This document shows, one piece after another, positions 1 through 19,856 of a stretch of DNA of 64,000 bases. Source of the stretch: the human T2T-CHM13v2.0 reference genome, Homo sapiens; NCBI RefSeq assembly GCF_009914755.1, contig NC_060925.1, one strand, 5' to 3'. The notes beneath the pieces are model-generated. The model searched no databases. It saw nothing but the letters and a program-made list of their open reading frames with translations, and was not told where the DNA came from. Positions within the stretch are counted from its first letter, which is position 1, and each line of letters starts with the position of its first letter. The position numbers and the translations under genes were made by a program.

Positions 1-371
1 TGTACTGTGAAGAGCGTGGGCTTGGAGTTCAGATGACCTGGATTCAAATCCCAACTCTACCACCTTCCTGCTGTGTGACCTCCCAAGGCCTCTCATCCTC
101 ACTTGTAACTGGGATTCCTTCTTTCAGGCTAGTGGTCATATGTGTAAAGGCCTCTTGCACGGTGTCTGGGACATGGTAGATGCCTGGTTATATTTGGTTT
201 CACTTCCCTTTTGCTTTAAAAACCTTTGGAAGTTTCACACACTTGTTTGACCTGGTGGCAGGTAGAACATGCAGAATAAAACTGCTGAACAGTCTCAGTC
301 TAAACAGAGGTGCTTTTCCAGCCACTTGGTTTCCCTGGTCAGCATTAGGATCTTGCCTTTTGTCTACCTAG

Positions 372-457
372 ATTCATATCTTCACAACAGACAACTGCTG
401 TTCAAGAGGTATTCAAATTCCAGAAATTTACCACATCACAATTTGGAGAGCCTTTGA
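372..457 (+). CDS. NIPAL3: Putative alternative terminal coding exon of NIPAL3, giving C-terminus (D)SYLHNRQLLFKRYSNSRNLPHHNLESL*
   Basis: Pyrimidine-rich acceptor tcttgccttttgtctacctAG ends at 371. The exon is open in phase 1, the same phase as the main terminal exon, to TGA 455-457. AATAAA cluster at 679-696 and another AATAAA at 1054-1059. Confidence 0.6.
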
Positions 458-489
458 GTAATTCAAGCACCTGAAAGACTTCTTAAAAA

Positions 490-1118
490 TGAGAACGAGA
501 AACAGCCCCTGACCTCCAGGAACTAGCCTGGCACTCTCAGCCAGGCCTTGGCCCTTTCCTGTGGAACAGAAACAATTTCACAGAACATCAGCAGCAGACA
601 AGGCCACTCTGCAGCTGTGATGGATCAGGACACAAGCAGGTGGAATGGGAAGAAAAGGGTTTTTTTCCTAAAATTAAAAATAAATAAATAAATAAAAGAA
701 CACAAACAGGACTACTCTGCTAGCCTGACTAAACATAGACAAAAAATGGACATTGTCCAAATCATGAAAAACACCAAACATCCCTCTGACCTTGCTAATG
801 TGAGAGACTGCCGCTTCTTTACCAGGCACAGCTTTAGCTTCAATCTAGGCATCTTCTAGGTAAAAGCTAAGATCTCCAATTATGGAATTAGCCCTGCTTC
901 CTGACAGCATCCAACCCAAAGCAAAGCCTCACTTCCTTGAACCCTCCCCAAAAATCACCTAGTCCAAGCCAACCCCACAATAACTCCTTTCTAACCCCCT
1001 CTTACATGGTTCGTGGTTCCCCGCCGTGTACACCTCTCTCATTGCAATGTGTCAATAAACCCATATTTGTTAGACTTTAGGTGTATTCCTGTTGGTCTCT
1101 GGCTGGAGGGCATTGACA
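490..1118 (+). mobile_element. ERV1-class solo LTR (MER31/MER67-like)
   Basis: TG...CA termini. The 3' end aataaacccatatttgttagactttaggtgtattcctgttggtctctggctggagggcattgaca resembles this LTR group; family assigned from memory. Confidence 0.55.
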
Positions 1119-1549
1119 AAATCCAAAAGGTAATCCAGGCCTGTTAAGCCAGCTCTCTTCCCTGAGAACGGGCACCTCCTCAGCTCTTCCACTTCCCTCT
1201 TCTGCCCTCCCCCAAAATCCAAACCACAGACTCTTAAACTGTGCCCTTCAAAGAACCATCAGTTAAGTCTTATGCAATAGGGAGCCAAAGGGCCTTTCAC
1301 AGACTGGGTCTTCCCAGGCCATTTGCAGAGTGGGTAAGAGCACTGCAGATCCCACCTCGGTCTCTGGTGGCAGATCCCACCTTGGTCTCTCATTAGCTGT
1401 GTGACCTTGGGCAAGTTACTTCACCTCTCTGAATCTCTTCTTATCCAGAAAATGAGGACAGTAGTTCATCTCTGTCATAGGATTGTTTAGGGATTAAGTG
1501 CAGGTATATAGGGAAGCCACACAGCATTCAGTTAAGAGTATGGACTTCC

Positions 1550-1864
1550 GGCCAGGCACGGTGGCTCACGCCTGTAATCCCAGCATTTTGGGAGGCCGAG
1601 GCGGGCAGATCACAAGGTCAGGAGATCGAGACCATCCTGGCTAACACGGTGAAACCCCGTCTTTACTAAAAATACAAAAAAAAAAAATTAGCTGTGCGTG
1701 GTGGCGGGTGCCTGTAGTCCTAGCTACTCGGGAGGCTCAGGCAGGAGAATGGTGTGAACCCAGGAGGTGGAGCTTGCAGTGAGCTGAGATCACGCCACTG
1801 CACTCCAGCCTGGGTCTGGGTGGACAGAGTGAGACTCCGTCTCAAAATAAATAAATAAATAAAA
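1550..1864 (+). mobile_element. AluY-like SINE
   Basis: Full dimer with gagatcgagaccatcctggctaacacggtg; TSD agtatggacttcc at 1537-1549 and 1865-1877. Confidence 0.9.
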
Positions 1865-2115
1865 AGTATGGACTTCCAAGTTGAAACCCCCGAGTTTGGA
1901 CCCTGGCACTGCCTCTTACTAGCTGTGTGATCCCAGGCAAATTACATGCTTCATTTCTGCTGCTTCATTTTCGTTATTAGTCATCCTGAGGATCAAATGA
2001 GATAGAACTTTATAACTATTTGGAACAGTATCTGCCACCAATTAAATACTCAATACACATAAGCCATTGTCATTGCTATTGTTGTTACTGTTACTATTTA
2101 AAGTGCTTAGCCCAG

Positions 2116-2715
2116 TCAGGTGTTGTAGCTCACACCTGTAATCCCAGCTACTTGGGTGACTGAGGCAGGAGGATCATTTGAGCCCCAGGTATTCAAGACT
2201 AGCCTGGAAAACATAGACTCTACCTCAAAAAAGAAAGTGCTTTAGCCCAGTGCCCAGGGCATATTAAACAGTTAGATGTCAGCTGTTATTATCATCATAG
2301 TTTCATTGCATTCAATTTCTTATGACTCGGCCTGAAGGCAGAATCTGAAGTCTTAATTCCCTGGCAGGAAAAGTTGGCCTCAAAAGTAATCGGCCTGGCG
2401 AAATGGCTCACACCTGTAATCCCAACACTTTGGGAGGTGGGGCAGGTGGATCAATTCAGCCCAGAAGTTTGAGACCAGCCTGGGCAACATGCTGAAACCC
2501 CATCTCTCCCCCTCAAAAAAACCCACAAAAAATTAGCCAGGCATGGTGGCATGCACCTGTAGTACCAGCCACTCAGGAGGCTGATGTGGGAGGATCACTG
2601 GAGCCCCAGAGGTTGAGGCTGCAGTGAGCCAAGATCGCTCCACTGCACTCCAGCCTGGGCGACAGAGCAAGACCCTGTCTCAATAAATAAATAAATAAAT
2701 AAATAAACAAACAAA
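2116..2715 (+). mobile_element. Alu monomer (FLAM-like, ~2116-2233) and AluJ-like dimer (~2392-2715)
   Basis: Alu consensus motifs. The monomer is flanked by the duplication aaagtgct(t)tagcccag. Confidence 0.8.
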
Positions 2716-3267
2716 CTGCGTCCCTCCTGACCTGACTAGGGGAATTGTAGGACAAAGGTAAAGGAATTAAAGATTAAAGGCTTTGCCCTCAAATGTAAGT
2801 AGGAGTCCCTTGTCAAAGTACCCAGAAGTAATAATAAGCAAATCTCACCTTCCCCTATAAGTGGACCAGGGAATTTAAAGTTAAAGTCCAAGATGCTCCC
2901 TCTGGCATCAGGATGCATCTGTCACCTTCAGGTGCCCATGACACAAAAATTACCCTCTTTCCTCGACAGTGTAACAAAGTTTCCTGGTTCCTGATTTAAT
3001 TCAGCAGTGAAGCATTGGCATCTACCACGTTCAAAGCACAGTGCTAGTTCCATTCCACCTGGGGCCCACACCGACATTCCCACCTCACTTTAGGCCAACT
3101 GAGGGTTCCTCCTGACAGCAGCTGGTCTGTGTGCATATTTCCTGAAGATTCATCCCTTGTTGCTTAGCAACCGTAATAGTTCCAGTGTATATTTGTGGGT
3201 GTTCTCTTTTAAATCTAAAGCATTCAGGAAATTGACAATGCACATGATTAGCTGCTGAGCACTATAA

Positions 3268-3552
<285 letters not shown>

Positions 3553-4669
3553 GACTCGCCTCCCTCTATTTATAACTGTCCCCTCCAGGCTGACAGTGGT
3601 TCAACCCTGAATCCTAAAACTTGCCTTTCAAGTCTCATTTTGTTTCTAACTGAGAACTCTATGGATGATGATCTCAAAAAGCCTTTGTCTCTGGGAAAGG
3701 ATGCGTTATCTTGGTCTTGGAAATTTCAAATGATGAGGGTTGGGGGATGGAAGCATTATTCCAGGTGGACGGGATAGAATCCAGCCTCTGCCTGGATTAG
3801 CCCAGGGGGATTTGGAAAGCCTTTCTACCATCCTTGAGGATGGTAACTGAGCTTCCTCTGACAGTGACCAAAGGATGCTGTATCCTTCAGAGCTAAGGCA
3901 AGACAGAGAGTCTGCTGTTAATTCTCAAATCCAGCGAAAGGCTGGACATCTCTAAATCTCGTCTTCCTCCACCTCATGTGCATGCCTGATCTCACCCTGA
4001 CACTCCTGATGCCGCATCTGTGATAGCACTCGTGTTGCCTTCACATGGCAGGCTGGGCCAACCCTGGGTGGAAGGTTCTGACATTTGTGTTTTCAGAAAT
4101 GTACATCTGCCTTCCAGTCATCTGTGCCCTTCTAGGGAAGATGTGCTTGATATGTTCAAATTGGATCTACTCTGAAAACGAAACTTGGTTTTGGTCCTGT
4201 GAGGACTACTTGTTTGTCCACCTCCTCCACCAAAGGAATTAGGAAGTTAAGAGAAGGGGAAGAATATGGAGGATAGGAGAGGGTGATGATGCTTTAGCCC
4301 ATTAAGGAAGAAAAGTTCCCCTTACTCTTACAAAAGGTGATTGCACCACTTAAAAAAGGATAGGTAGAAAATCTGGCCATTTTATGTGTTATTTTTTTCC
4401 TGCATACCAGTGCCCCCTGGAAAGATGGGGATGCTCATTTCAGAGACAGCCTCTTCACCTGTCCTCCGTCTCTCCATTACAGAGCCACAAGCCAAGCTTG
4501 AGTTACTGGTTAATTTCCTTGAAGTCAATAGAGACTCTCTGGGTCCTCATCCCCATGCATATATGTCTGGGAGAAGCAAGCATTCTCCAAAACAGGGCTG
4601 TTGCTTTCTTCCTGGCCGCATATGTGACTGTCTTCCCCTAGACTGATGGTATACTTTTGAGAGGGGCGG

Positions 4670-4830
4670 ATAAAGGTTTGCAAACTTTAATGGGCATAAG
4701 GATCCCCTAGAAGCATATGTAAAATGCAGATTCCTGCACCCCAACTGCAGACACTGTTAAGTGGGACTGGAGTGGGGCCCACGGGTCTGCATTCTTAACT
4801 GGTACCACCAGTGATTCTGATGCGATGCTT
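4670..4830. mobile_element. MER5-like hAT-Charlie relic in the 3' UTR
   Basis: Motifs aaaatgcagattcctg...ggagtggggccc...tctgcattcttaac...gtgattctgatg. Confidence 0.6.
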
Positions 4831-5659
4831 CAATCCCGAGATTTCACATCTGGAAAGCCTAAGAATTTACAAAGATGTTCTGCTAAAACCCCCAGGGCCC
4901 CATGCAGTCTTGCTAGAAAATTTCCTCCCTAGGGTTCCTTTGGAAGGTTAAATACTCCCCATAGGATCTGTGGCATTTCTCCATCCAATGAATACTACTT
5001 AGAGCTACACTCACCACTTCCCTAGACAGCCTTTAATAGGCATGATAACAGTGTTAATAGACCAGTGTGATAGATCACTTATCTTTATGGATTGTGCTTA
5101 ATACTGATTTAGTATCTTGACTCCAAAAACTGACATCTGTTGTCTGTGATAACCACTTCTGTATTGCGTCTTAACCACTTCTGTATTGTGTGGTCTTAAC
5201 TGCCTAAGGCGGCAATGGGCAGTGGGCCCCTTTCCCTTAGGATGGGTATCAATTCAACAATATTTATAAGGCATTTACTGTGTGCTAAGCATTTGGAAGA
5301 CCCAGGCTACAAAATAAGACATAGTTCCTGCCCTCCAGGCCAGCAGAGGGAGGCACAAATACCCAGGAATCTCTGATGGGTGTGAAGTGCGGTCGTGGGC
5401 CACAGAAAATGACCGTCATGGAGACCCTGCTAAAGGTCGGACCCTGAGCCCAAAGGGGTATTCAGAAGTGGAGATGATTTTGGCCCCACTCATAGATGGG
5501 TGGCAAATCTAAGATTTGTATAAAGCATATAAAATAGGGTGATCACCCCCGAGGCAGAGGGGCCAGCATTTGCAAAGGCACAGAGCTAAGAGGAGCTGGG
5601 CAAAGAAAGGAAAGCCAGGGAAGGTGGTGGGAGATGAGTCTCAAAGCTAAGTAGTGGAA

Positions 5660-5967
5660 GCTGGGCACAGTGGCTCATGCCTGCAATCCCAGCACTTTGG
5701 GAGGCCAAGGCTGGAGGATCACTTGAGCCCAGGAGTTTTATATCAGCCTGGGCAACATAGCAAGACCTCATCTCTGCTAAAAATTAAAAATAAATAAATT
5801 AGCTGGGTGTGGTGGTGCATGCCTGTGATCCTAGCTACTCAGGAGGCTGAGGTGGGAGGATCGCTAGAGCCCAGAGAACCAAGGCTACAGTGAGCCATGA
5901 TCATGCTACTGCACTCCAGCCTGGGTGACAATGAGACCATGGCTCAAAAAAAAAAAAAAAAAAAAAA
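5660..5967 (+). mobile_element. Sense AluJ-like element in the NIPAL3 3' UTR
   Basis: Alu dimer with a long A tail; near-TSD taag(t/c)agtgga. Confidence 0.88.
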
Positions 5968-7323
5968 GATAAGCAGTGGAGGCCGAATCATGGAGGGTCT
6001 TGAATACCTGGCTAAGGAGTTTAAAGTGTATCCAAGAGGACGTGGGAGCCACTGATGGTTCATGAGGAAGAGAAGGGCAGGACCAGCACTGATTGAAAAG
6101 GAGGGCTTGTTCAGTGTGGAGGAAGAATCAGAAGGGGGAATAAGTTACCTTCTCCGAGCCTGCAAGAACAAAAAACAAAAAGCAGAAATTAAAATCAGGT
6201 TTCACTGCTATTTATATATTTCTCCTTTCCCAAATGATTTTTCTAAAGCTGGGAGTGGAGGTAGGAGGGAGAAACAGAAGGTGAGCAGGGAGGCTATTTA
6301 GATGTGTCAAACCCGGGTGATCATTAATAATTTGGGCATATATATGCTCCCAAACTTACTCTGCCCCCTTCCTTCCCTTTTTTTTTTTTTTTTGGTATGG
6401 GCCTTTTAGGCTTGGGCCAGCCAGCTTTCTTGAGATGAGTGAATAAAAGCGTATTGTAATTTCATGTCTGCTTCAGATCATGGGGACAGTGCCACCCAGG
6501 AACTGCTGCTGAGGCCTGGGAAGCTCCCTTGCCTTCGGGTTTGGAGCAGTGGCATCATCCCACCAACCTGAGCCATGAAAGGGCTGAGCAGAAAGTTAAA
6601 TGGTAGTTTCCTGACTGGAAGCCACACGTAGGTCACTTGAGTAGTCAGGAAGCACAGTGGGTGTGGAGCCATCATCTGTCTTGGGCTGGTTCCTCCCAAT
6701 CTTTGTCCAGTGGTATAAATGGACTGTCTGCTGATGGCCATACGCAGCACTGGCTGTTAAGATGGGGAAGGGGTACATCAGGATTCCACTCATAGCCCTG
6801 GTTCGTTATTGTTACTCATGGCTCTGACGTCCCCAAGCCCTCTTGAATGTTGCAAGCAATGTTAAATATCACACCTCGGTCTCCTTTTGAGCAGCCCAGG
6901 TACCTAAAGCAAGGTCACCAAACTTGGGTTTAAACTTCAGTTGCCATCACAGCAGGGTTCAGGTTATGCAGTTTTTGCAGTGTGGAGTTGAACGCTGGGT
7001 AAAGAAGGGAGAGCTGACTCTCCATTGCTTTTCTAGTGGAAACCAGCCAGTTTGACGGCACGGTGCGGATACAGGACTCCATCAGGCTAGTGTTGGGGAA
7101 CCAGCCCGGCAGCCTTCCATGTGAATTCCAAAGCTGTTTCAACACTGGCTGATAGGCAGACAAAAGGTTACTTGTGTGTTTCTCTGAGAAGCGGTGTAAA
7201 TGAAGTCACCTTAGAATATATTCTGTGCGGATGCTTATATTTTGTTAACTTCACGACTTATGGCATGTCTTATTTAAAAAAAAAAAAGTACTAGGTGCAA
7301 ATAACATTATGAAGTGGTATTTA

Positions 7324-7329
7324 ATTAAA
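7324..7329 (+). terminator. Distal polyadenylation signal (ATTAAA) of NIPAL3
   Basis: ATTAAA in an AT-rich context with a GU/U-rich downstream element; repeat-dense DNA begins shortly after. Confidence 0.6.
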
Positions 7330-7395
7330 AATCCATGCAGTGACAGCTGAGTTCGTGTCTTATGTTTGGCTAATACTTCCTAGAATTATCTAGAA

Positions 7396-7577
7396 CAGTA
7401 CTGTCTAGTAGAACTTTCTGCGATGATGCAAGTGTTCTATGTCTATGCTGCCCAACATGGTAGCCACTCTCCACAGGTGGCTGTTGAACACTTTAAATGT
7501 GGCTAGTGCAACCAAGGAACTGAATGTTTAATTTCATCTAATTACATTTCCATATAGTTCGTATATTAACAGTACAG
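7396..7577. mobile_element. MER3-like hAT-Charlie relic
   Basis: Motifs agaactttctgcgatgatg...atggtagccact...gtggctagtgcaac. Confidence 0.6.
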
Positions 7578-7659
7578 ATCTAGAGATGCCCATTATTGCA
7601 GCTGAGGCTCACTTGAGCTTCCCCTGCAACCTTCACCGTGGTTAAAAGCACAGACTCTT

Positions 7660-9437
<1,778 letters not shown>

Positions 9438-9466
9438 TCAGAATCATCCACAACTCTCAGACTTTA

Positions 9467-9790
9467 TTTCATGAAACAGTACAATTTTAAAACAGAGATT
9501 GACAAAGAGTTACTGTTTATAGTTAATCTTGTTCTCATTAATTTTTTGCTGCTTATTCAGTGGTTATTTTTATTAGTTTTTACTTTCTGGTTTTATGAAA
9601 TAATAAAATATTTAGATTGAGATTGGCAAAAGGTTATGTCGTTAATCTTGTTCTCATTAATTTTTTTGTTTATTCAGTTTTTATTTTACTTTTTGGTTTC
9701 ATGAAATAAAAATTTTTAAATAGAGATTGGCAAAAGGCTACTAACTCTGTAGCTAATCTTGTTCTCTTTAATAGGTTTCTTATTAGTTTC
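9467..9790. repeat. Degenerate tandem repeat, about three copies of a 104-124 bp unit
   Basis: gagattg(a/g)caaa...taatcttgttctc recurs at 9495, 9619 and 9723. Confidence 0.8.
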
Positions 9791-10309
9791 TCTACAAAAT
9801 CAGCTTTCTTTGTTCAAACAAACAATAAAAAAGGAAACAAAGTCCAAGGCTTGCTTAAGAAAAAGACGATGTTTGGTGCAGCAGCACCATGTTCTGTCAT
9901 GACCTTATTAAATGTCAAAATGCACCAAGCAGAATATTAAAATTATAAATATAAAGCAAATGCAAGCCAAGAAACAAACATTTTCCCATTGTGATGCCAT
10001 AAGGTATTCAGGTAGGAGCATAGTGCTGTGAAAGCTGCCCAGGTGTAAGGAGAGAAGATTCACATGGCAGTGAGAGCATTGCTTTCTGCCTTCTCCAGCT
10101 TGTACTGAAATGTGAGGCACTCTAGAAACTTTGATGCACTTAATTCTCAGGATTACTTTTTAAGAAGTTAAAAGACGCAAAAAAAACCAGAAAGCCCTAT
10201 CTTTAACTCTCCTGTTTGTCTTTTAAACAATAGCGTCAGAAATACAGTTATGCGGTTGTCCCTACACTCTGATCTTACAAAGCTCAGCTGTGTAGGTCTC
10301 CTGGGATGA

Positions 10310-10765
<456 letters not shown>

Positions 10766-12243
10766 TAAATTGTCCATAGGCTTTGCTCACCATTCGATGG
10801 TTCTTTTGGTTTCTTATTTATTTGAAAGTGCTCTTTGGTATCAATTAACCTTTTCTCTGTGATAACACCTACAATTATTTCCCCCCGGTTTGTTACTTGC
10901 CTTTTGATTTGCTTCTAGTATTTATTTTTACTATGAAAGAGACTTTTTCTTCTGTGTTTTTTGTTTTACATATAGTTATGTCTATATAAATATGTTATTT
11001 ACTTATATAAATATTTGTATTACACAATCGAGTGTCTTTTCTTTTATAGCTTCTGGATTTTGAAACATAGTTTGAAAGGTCTAACTTACTCCAAGATTAT
11101 AAAAGAATTCCCCACGTCATCTTTGAGTCTTTTTAGTTTTTTTTTTTTTTATGTTGGACTTACTAGACAATAGTCTGGTTGTGTGTTTACATCTGAAAGC
11201 CATTGGAGTTTATTCTGGTGCACAGTTCAAGGTATGGATCCAACTTTATTCTGCTGAGATAGCTACCAAGCTATGCCAATACCATTTATGGAATAGTCCA
11301 ATTTGCCCTGAAGAATTGGATGCCACTTCTATAATACACTAAATATCTATAGTTTTGGGACTTGCCATTCTGTTCCAGTGGTCTGCCTATACATTCACCA
11401 GTAACACTGTTCCAATTATCAAGGCTTTCCAATATGTTTCCAATCTGTTTGGGCAAGTCTCAGCTCCTTGCTCTTCTTCAAACTTATTTTGTCAAATCAG
11501 AACATAGGAAGGAAAAAAAAATACCCTACTATCCTGTCATTTCATTTAAAAAAGACATTAACACCAAAACAGTAAGAAGAACAAAATCTCAGATAATAAT
11601 CCTTTAAACTGAATAATTTAGCTTTATGAAAAATGTCAGACATTGTCATTATTTGCCTATTTTGCTGCAAGCCGGTAAGATGAGACCAGCATTGTAGAGC
11701 CACGCTTGGTCTTGGTATAGGTGTAAGGAGAGGGAGGGCCACAGAGAGGATGTCACTGGCTAGTCAGTTGCAGGCTCAGAACTTTAACTCAGGTCTTATG
11801 ATCTCTGGTCTCATCCTCTTAACACCGCCTACATTCTAGGTCCACTACCCTTTATTGAGCTTTCACTCTGGGCAGGCACTTTACATACTTTATGCATTTT
11901 CTTCTCACAACGGCCCCACAAGGAAGCTGTTCAACCCCTGTTATATGATACACATGTGGAAACGGAGGTTCAGGGAAGTTCAGTAATTTGTCCAAGGCCA
12001 CCTGGTGGGTAAGTGGCAGAGCCTGGATTCAAACCTACATATGACTGATTTCAAAGTCTGTATTTTAAAAAAAATTTCAGTCCTCTATGTATCAATAGAC
12101 TATTATTTTAAATTCTTTATTTTTATTTATTTTTTGCATAGAATGAAACTTCCTTGGGTTCTGAGTAGCATGACAGCTATTAGCTTGTCAGTCTTCATAA
12201 ACTCCCTGGGCCAGGCCATCTGTCCTTTCATTGATATACGTAG

Positions 12244-12912
<669 letters not shown>

Positions 12913-13019
12913 AGGTATGTATCATTTCTTAGGCAGTCATGTCCATCAGGGTCAAGTCAGGAGACAGAAGCCACAGCAGTTATTGGAACAGAAAATTTAA
13001 CATAAATAATTGTTAACTA

Positions 13020-15484
<2,465 letters not shown>

Positions 15485-15779
15485 TGAAGTTTTCATAGTA
15501 AAAAATGAAAAGTAAGTGTCACTGAGCACTTACTAGGAGCTAAGCACTGGATATACAGTGGAGAAGGAGAGAGAGTGCCCCTCCCCCATGCAGAGCAGTC
15601 AGAAATTAAAGCAAACCACATAAAGTGTGGTGAATGTTATAACTGAGGGAGCAATGACACTTCACAGTGTCAGGACGAAGCAGGAAGCGAGAGAACCAAG
15701 AAAGGGAAATGGAAGCTGTGGGGGTGGCCCTAGCAGTGACAGAGCAGGCAGTGTATCTTGTGCCTGGAGGCTTTCCTTT

Positions 15780-17645
15780 CCCCAGGACCCAGTGCAAAAT
15801 GAAAATGGAGGGGCCCTTAGTTCAAAAACCAAGAAAAAGTGCCACCAAGGGACTTCTAAAAGCTTTTTTCTCTCTTTAACAACAGTCTCTCTCTTGACTT
15901 TTTAAATGTGTTACTTAATGTCATTTTCAGTAAAGGCAAATTAAAATTTTAAATGATTAGCATGAATTTTTTACCCATTCATCTTTGTTTTCTGCAATAC
16001 CCATTTTAAATGCAAATATAAGAGCACTTAACTCGTATCTGTAATCACTGTAGTATAGAATTTGTGTTTCATAGCTCATACATACGTATTTTGTTCTTAC
16101 CAGAACAGTGAGAACCCTGCATGAAACACACTCAACTGTGTTTATTTCATTTATTGATTGCACACATTCTACCACCTCTCTCTGCCTTCAGCTTGTTGAT
16201 GAGTCAAGAAGGACTAAAAGGAAACGCCAGAAGTCCCAGCTACTCAGGAGGCAGAGGCAGGAGGATCGCTTGAGCCCAGGAATTTGACTCTACAGAAACT
16301 AAACATTATTAGCCAGGAGTGGTGGCACATGCCTGTGGTCCTATCTGCTCAGGAAGCTGAGGTGAGAGGATGGCTCGAGCCCAGGAGTTCAAGCCTGCAG
16401 TGAACTATGATCATACCACTGCACTCCAGCCTGGGTGACAGCAAGACCCCGATTCTTTAAAAAAAAAAAAAAGACTGAAAGGAAAAGACACTGTGGGTTG
16501 CCCCACCTTTTCCTGTCTCTCTATGTCATCATTGTCAGTGTAAGCTGTTGGCTGACACAGGAGGTAGCATTAGTAAGGAGGACATGATAGGGCTCCTTGT
16601 CCACAGCCTTCTTTCTGTGTTTACAGAAAGTTTGGGTTGGAAGAGAAAGCATGGCCTCCCATTAGGCCAGCCCTTCCCCACCCCCATCCTGGCCCCCCAC
16701 AGAATCATAAACATAACACACTTAACCTTGTTTTAAGACAGGGTCGGCCTGGCACAGTGGCTCACGCCTGTAATCCCAACACTTTGGGAGGCTGAGGCAG
16801 GCAGATCACCTGAGGTCAAGAGTTCGAGACCACCCTGGCCAATATGGTGAAACCTTGTCTCTACTAAAAATACAAAAAAATTAGCCAGGCGTGATGGCGC
16901 ACGCCTGTAATCCCAGCTACTTGGTAGCCTGAGGCTGGAGAATCGCTTGAACCCCGGAGGCGGAGGTGGCTATGAGCCGAGATCGCGCCACTGCACTACT
17001 CCAGCCTGGGCAACAAAGCAAGACTCGGTCTTCAAAAAAAAAAAAAAAAAAAAAGGTCTCGCTCTCTGTCTTCCAGGCTGGAGTGCAGTGGGGCGATCTC
17101 GGCTCACTGCAACCTCCGCCTCCCCTAGTTCAAGCAATTCTCATGCCTCAGCCTCCCGAGTAGCTGGGATGACAGGCCTGTACTACCATGCCTGGCTAAT
17201 TTTTTGTATTTTTTTTTTAGTAGAGCTGGGATTTTGCCATATTGGTCAGGGTGGTCTCAAACCCCTGGCCTTAAATGATCTATCCGCCTTGGCCTCCCAA
17301 AGTGCTGGGATTATAAGTGTGAGCCACTGCGCCCGGCCATCACACACTTACCGTGGACTTGCTTTGCACACACGTGATGGATCCAACAGAACTCGGTGCT
17401 CAGGGGCATGGCGAATGCTATATGTGAATGGGCAGCAAACAACAGCAGACACATATACTGTACCAATCTGCCCACGGCTGCATTGTCCCATCTGACTTTG
17501 CTTACAGATGGAAAAATATTCAGAGATGAGATTGTTAAGGATTTCAAGATGATAAATGCAGGGCATTTAAACCAAGTGTGAGGCCCTTTAGAGTGTGGGG
17601 CGCTGTGCCCCTGCACAGTCCACAGTGCCCAGGAAGCAGGCCCTG
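15780..17645 (-). mobile_element. MER45B-like hAT-Tip100 DNA transposon interrupted by three Alus
   Basis: Both MER45-type ends are recognisable (cccagtgcaaaatgaaaatggaggggccc at ~15788; gatttcaagatg...gaagcaggccctg at ~17540-17645). Removing the Alus leaves about 1 kb. Confidence 0.7.
16731..17340. mobile_element. + Alu (~16746-17054) inserted into the tail end of a - Alu
   Basis: Junctions ttttaagacagggtc | Alu(+) | polyA-ggtctcgctct, after which the antisense Alu continues. Confidence 0.82.
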
Positions 17646-18072
17646 GATATCTGTCCAGCGGGGGCCTTTCCAGGACATTCAGGCGATGCCCACTTCTTTG
17701 GACTAAAAGTAACAAACTGGTAGGTTCTTAGTGTGAAAGCTGCTCTGAATCCAGCTCAAGACATGCCTCATCTAAGAGAAAGAGCACGTTCCTAAAAGTT
17801 GTAGGCATCAGTTTCCATCAAAATAAGTTACGGTGATTCAAAGAAAGAAGGAAAATAGACTCTGCTGCTCTGTGGGCACCTGCAATACACTGCTGCCTTT
17901 TGAAAAATCAAAGACTTGTAAATCAAGAAAAAGCTCAGCACCGCATGGGAAACCTTTGAAGTAAAAGAGAGATACACAGATGGTAGGGCTCTGAGTCAAT
18001 TCACTTCAAGCCAAATCACCTGACACCAACAGCCTGATTGGTCGAATGTCCCACTTGGATAAATGTCTAATT

Positions 18073-19666
<1,594 letters not shown>

Positions 19667-19856
19667 TCCAGAATTTTGATTCAGGTCTTCACCAAGTACC
19701 CCATTGCATTCTGAGAGGAGGATGTCAATCCAGCCCGTCAGGCCACAGCGACATCAAGGCAAATGCTGGCAGCATTTGAAACCATTCAAGGGGCTACGTG
19801 TATTGCAGCAGGACCATTCACCATGATCTCTGGTTTGATGGCATAGGTGGGTTTTC

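Larger units (their letters stand above)
3553..7345 (+). other. NIPAL3: NIPAL3 long 3' UTR (end approximate)
   Basis: Largely unique sequence after the stop. Candidate poly(A) signals are AATAAA 6442-6447 and ATTAAA 7324-7329, the latter followed by GT/T-rich ttcgtgtcttatgtttgg. Confidence 0.7.

Noticed and set aside
1346-1390. 25-bp tandem duplication gcagatcccacct(c/t)ggtctct
   Set aside because: It lies at the edge of an intronic MIR relic and is most likely neutral slippage.
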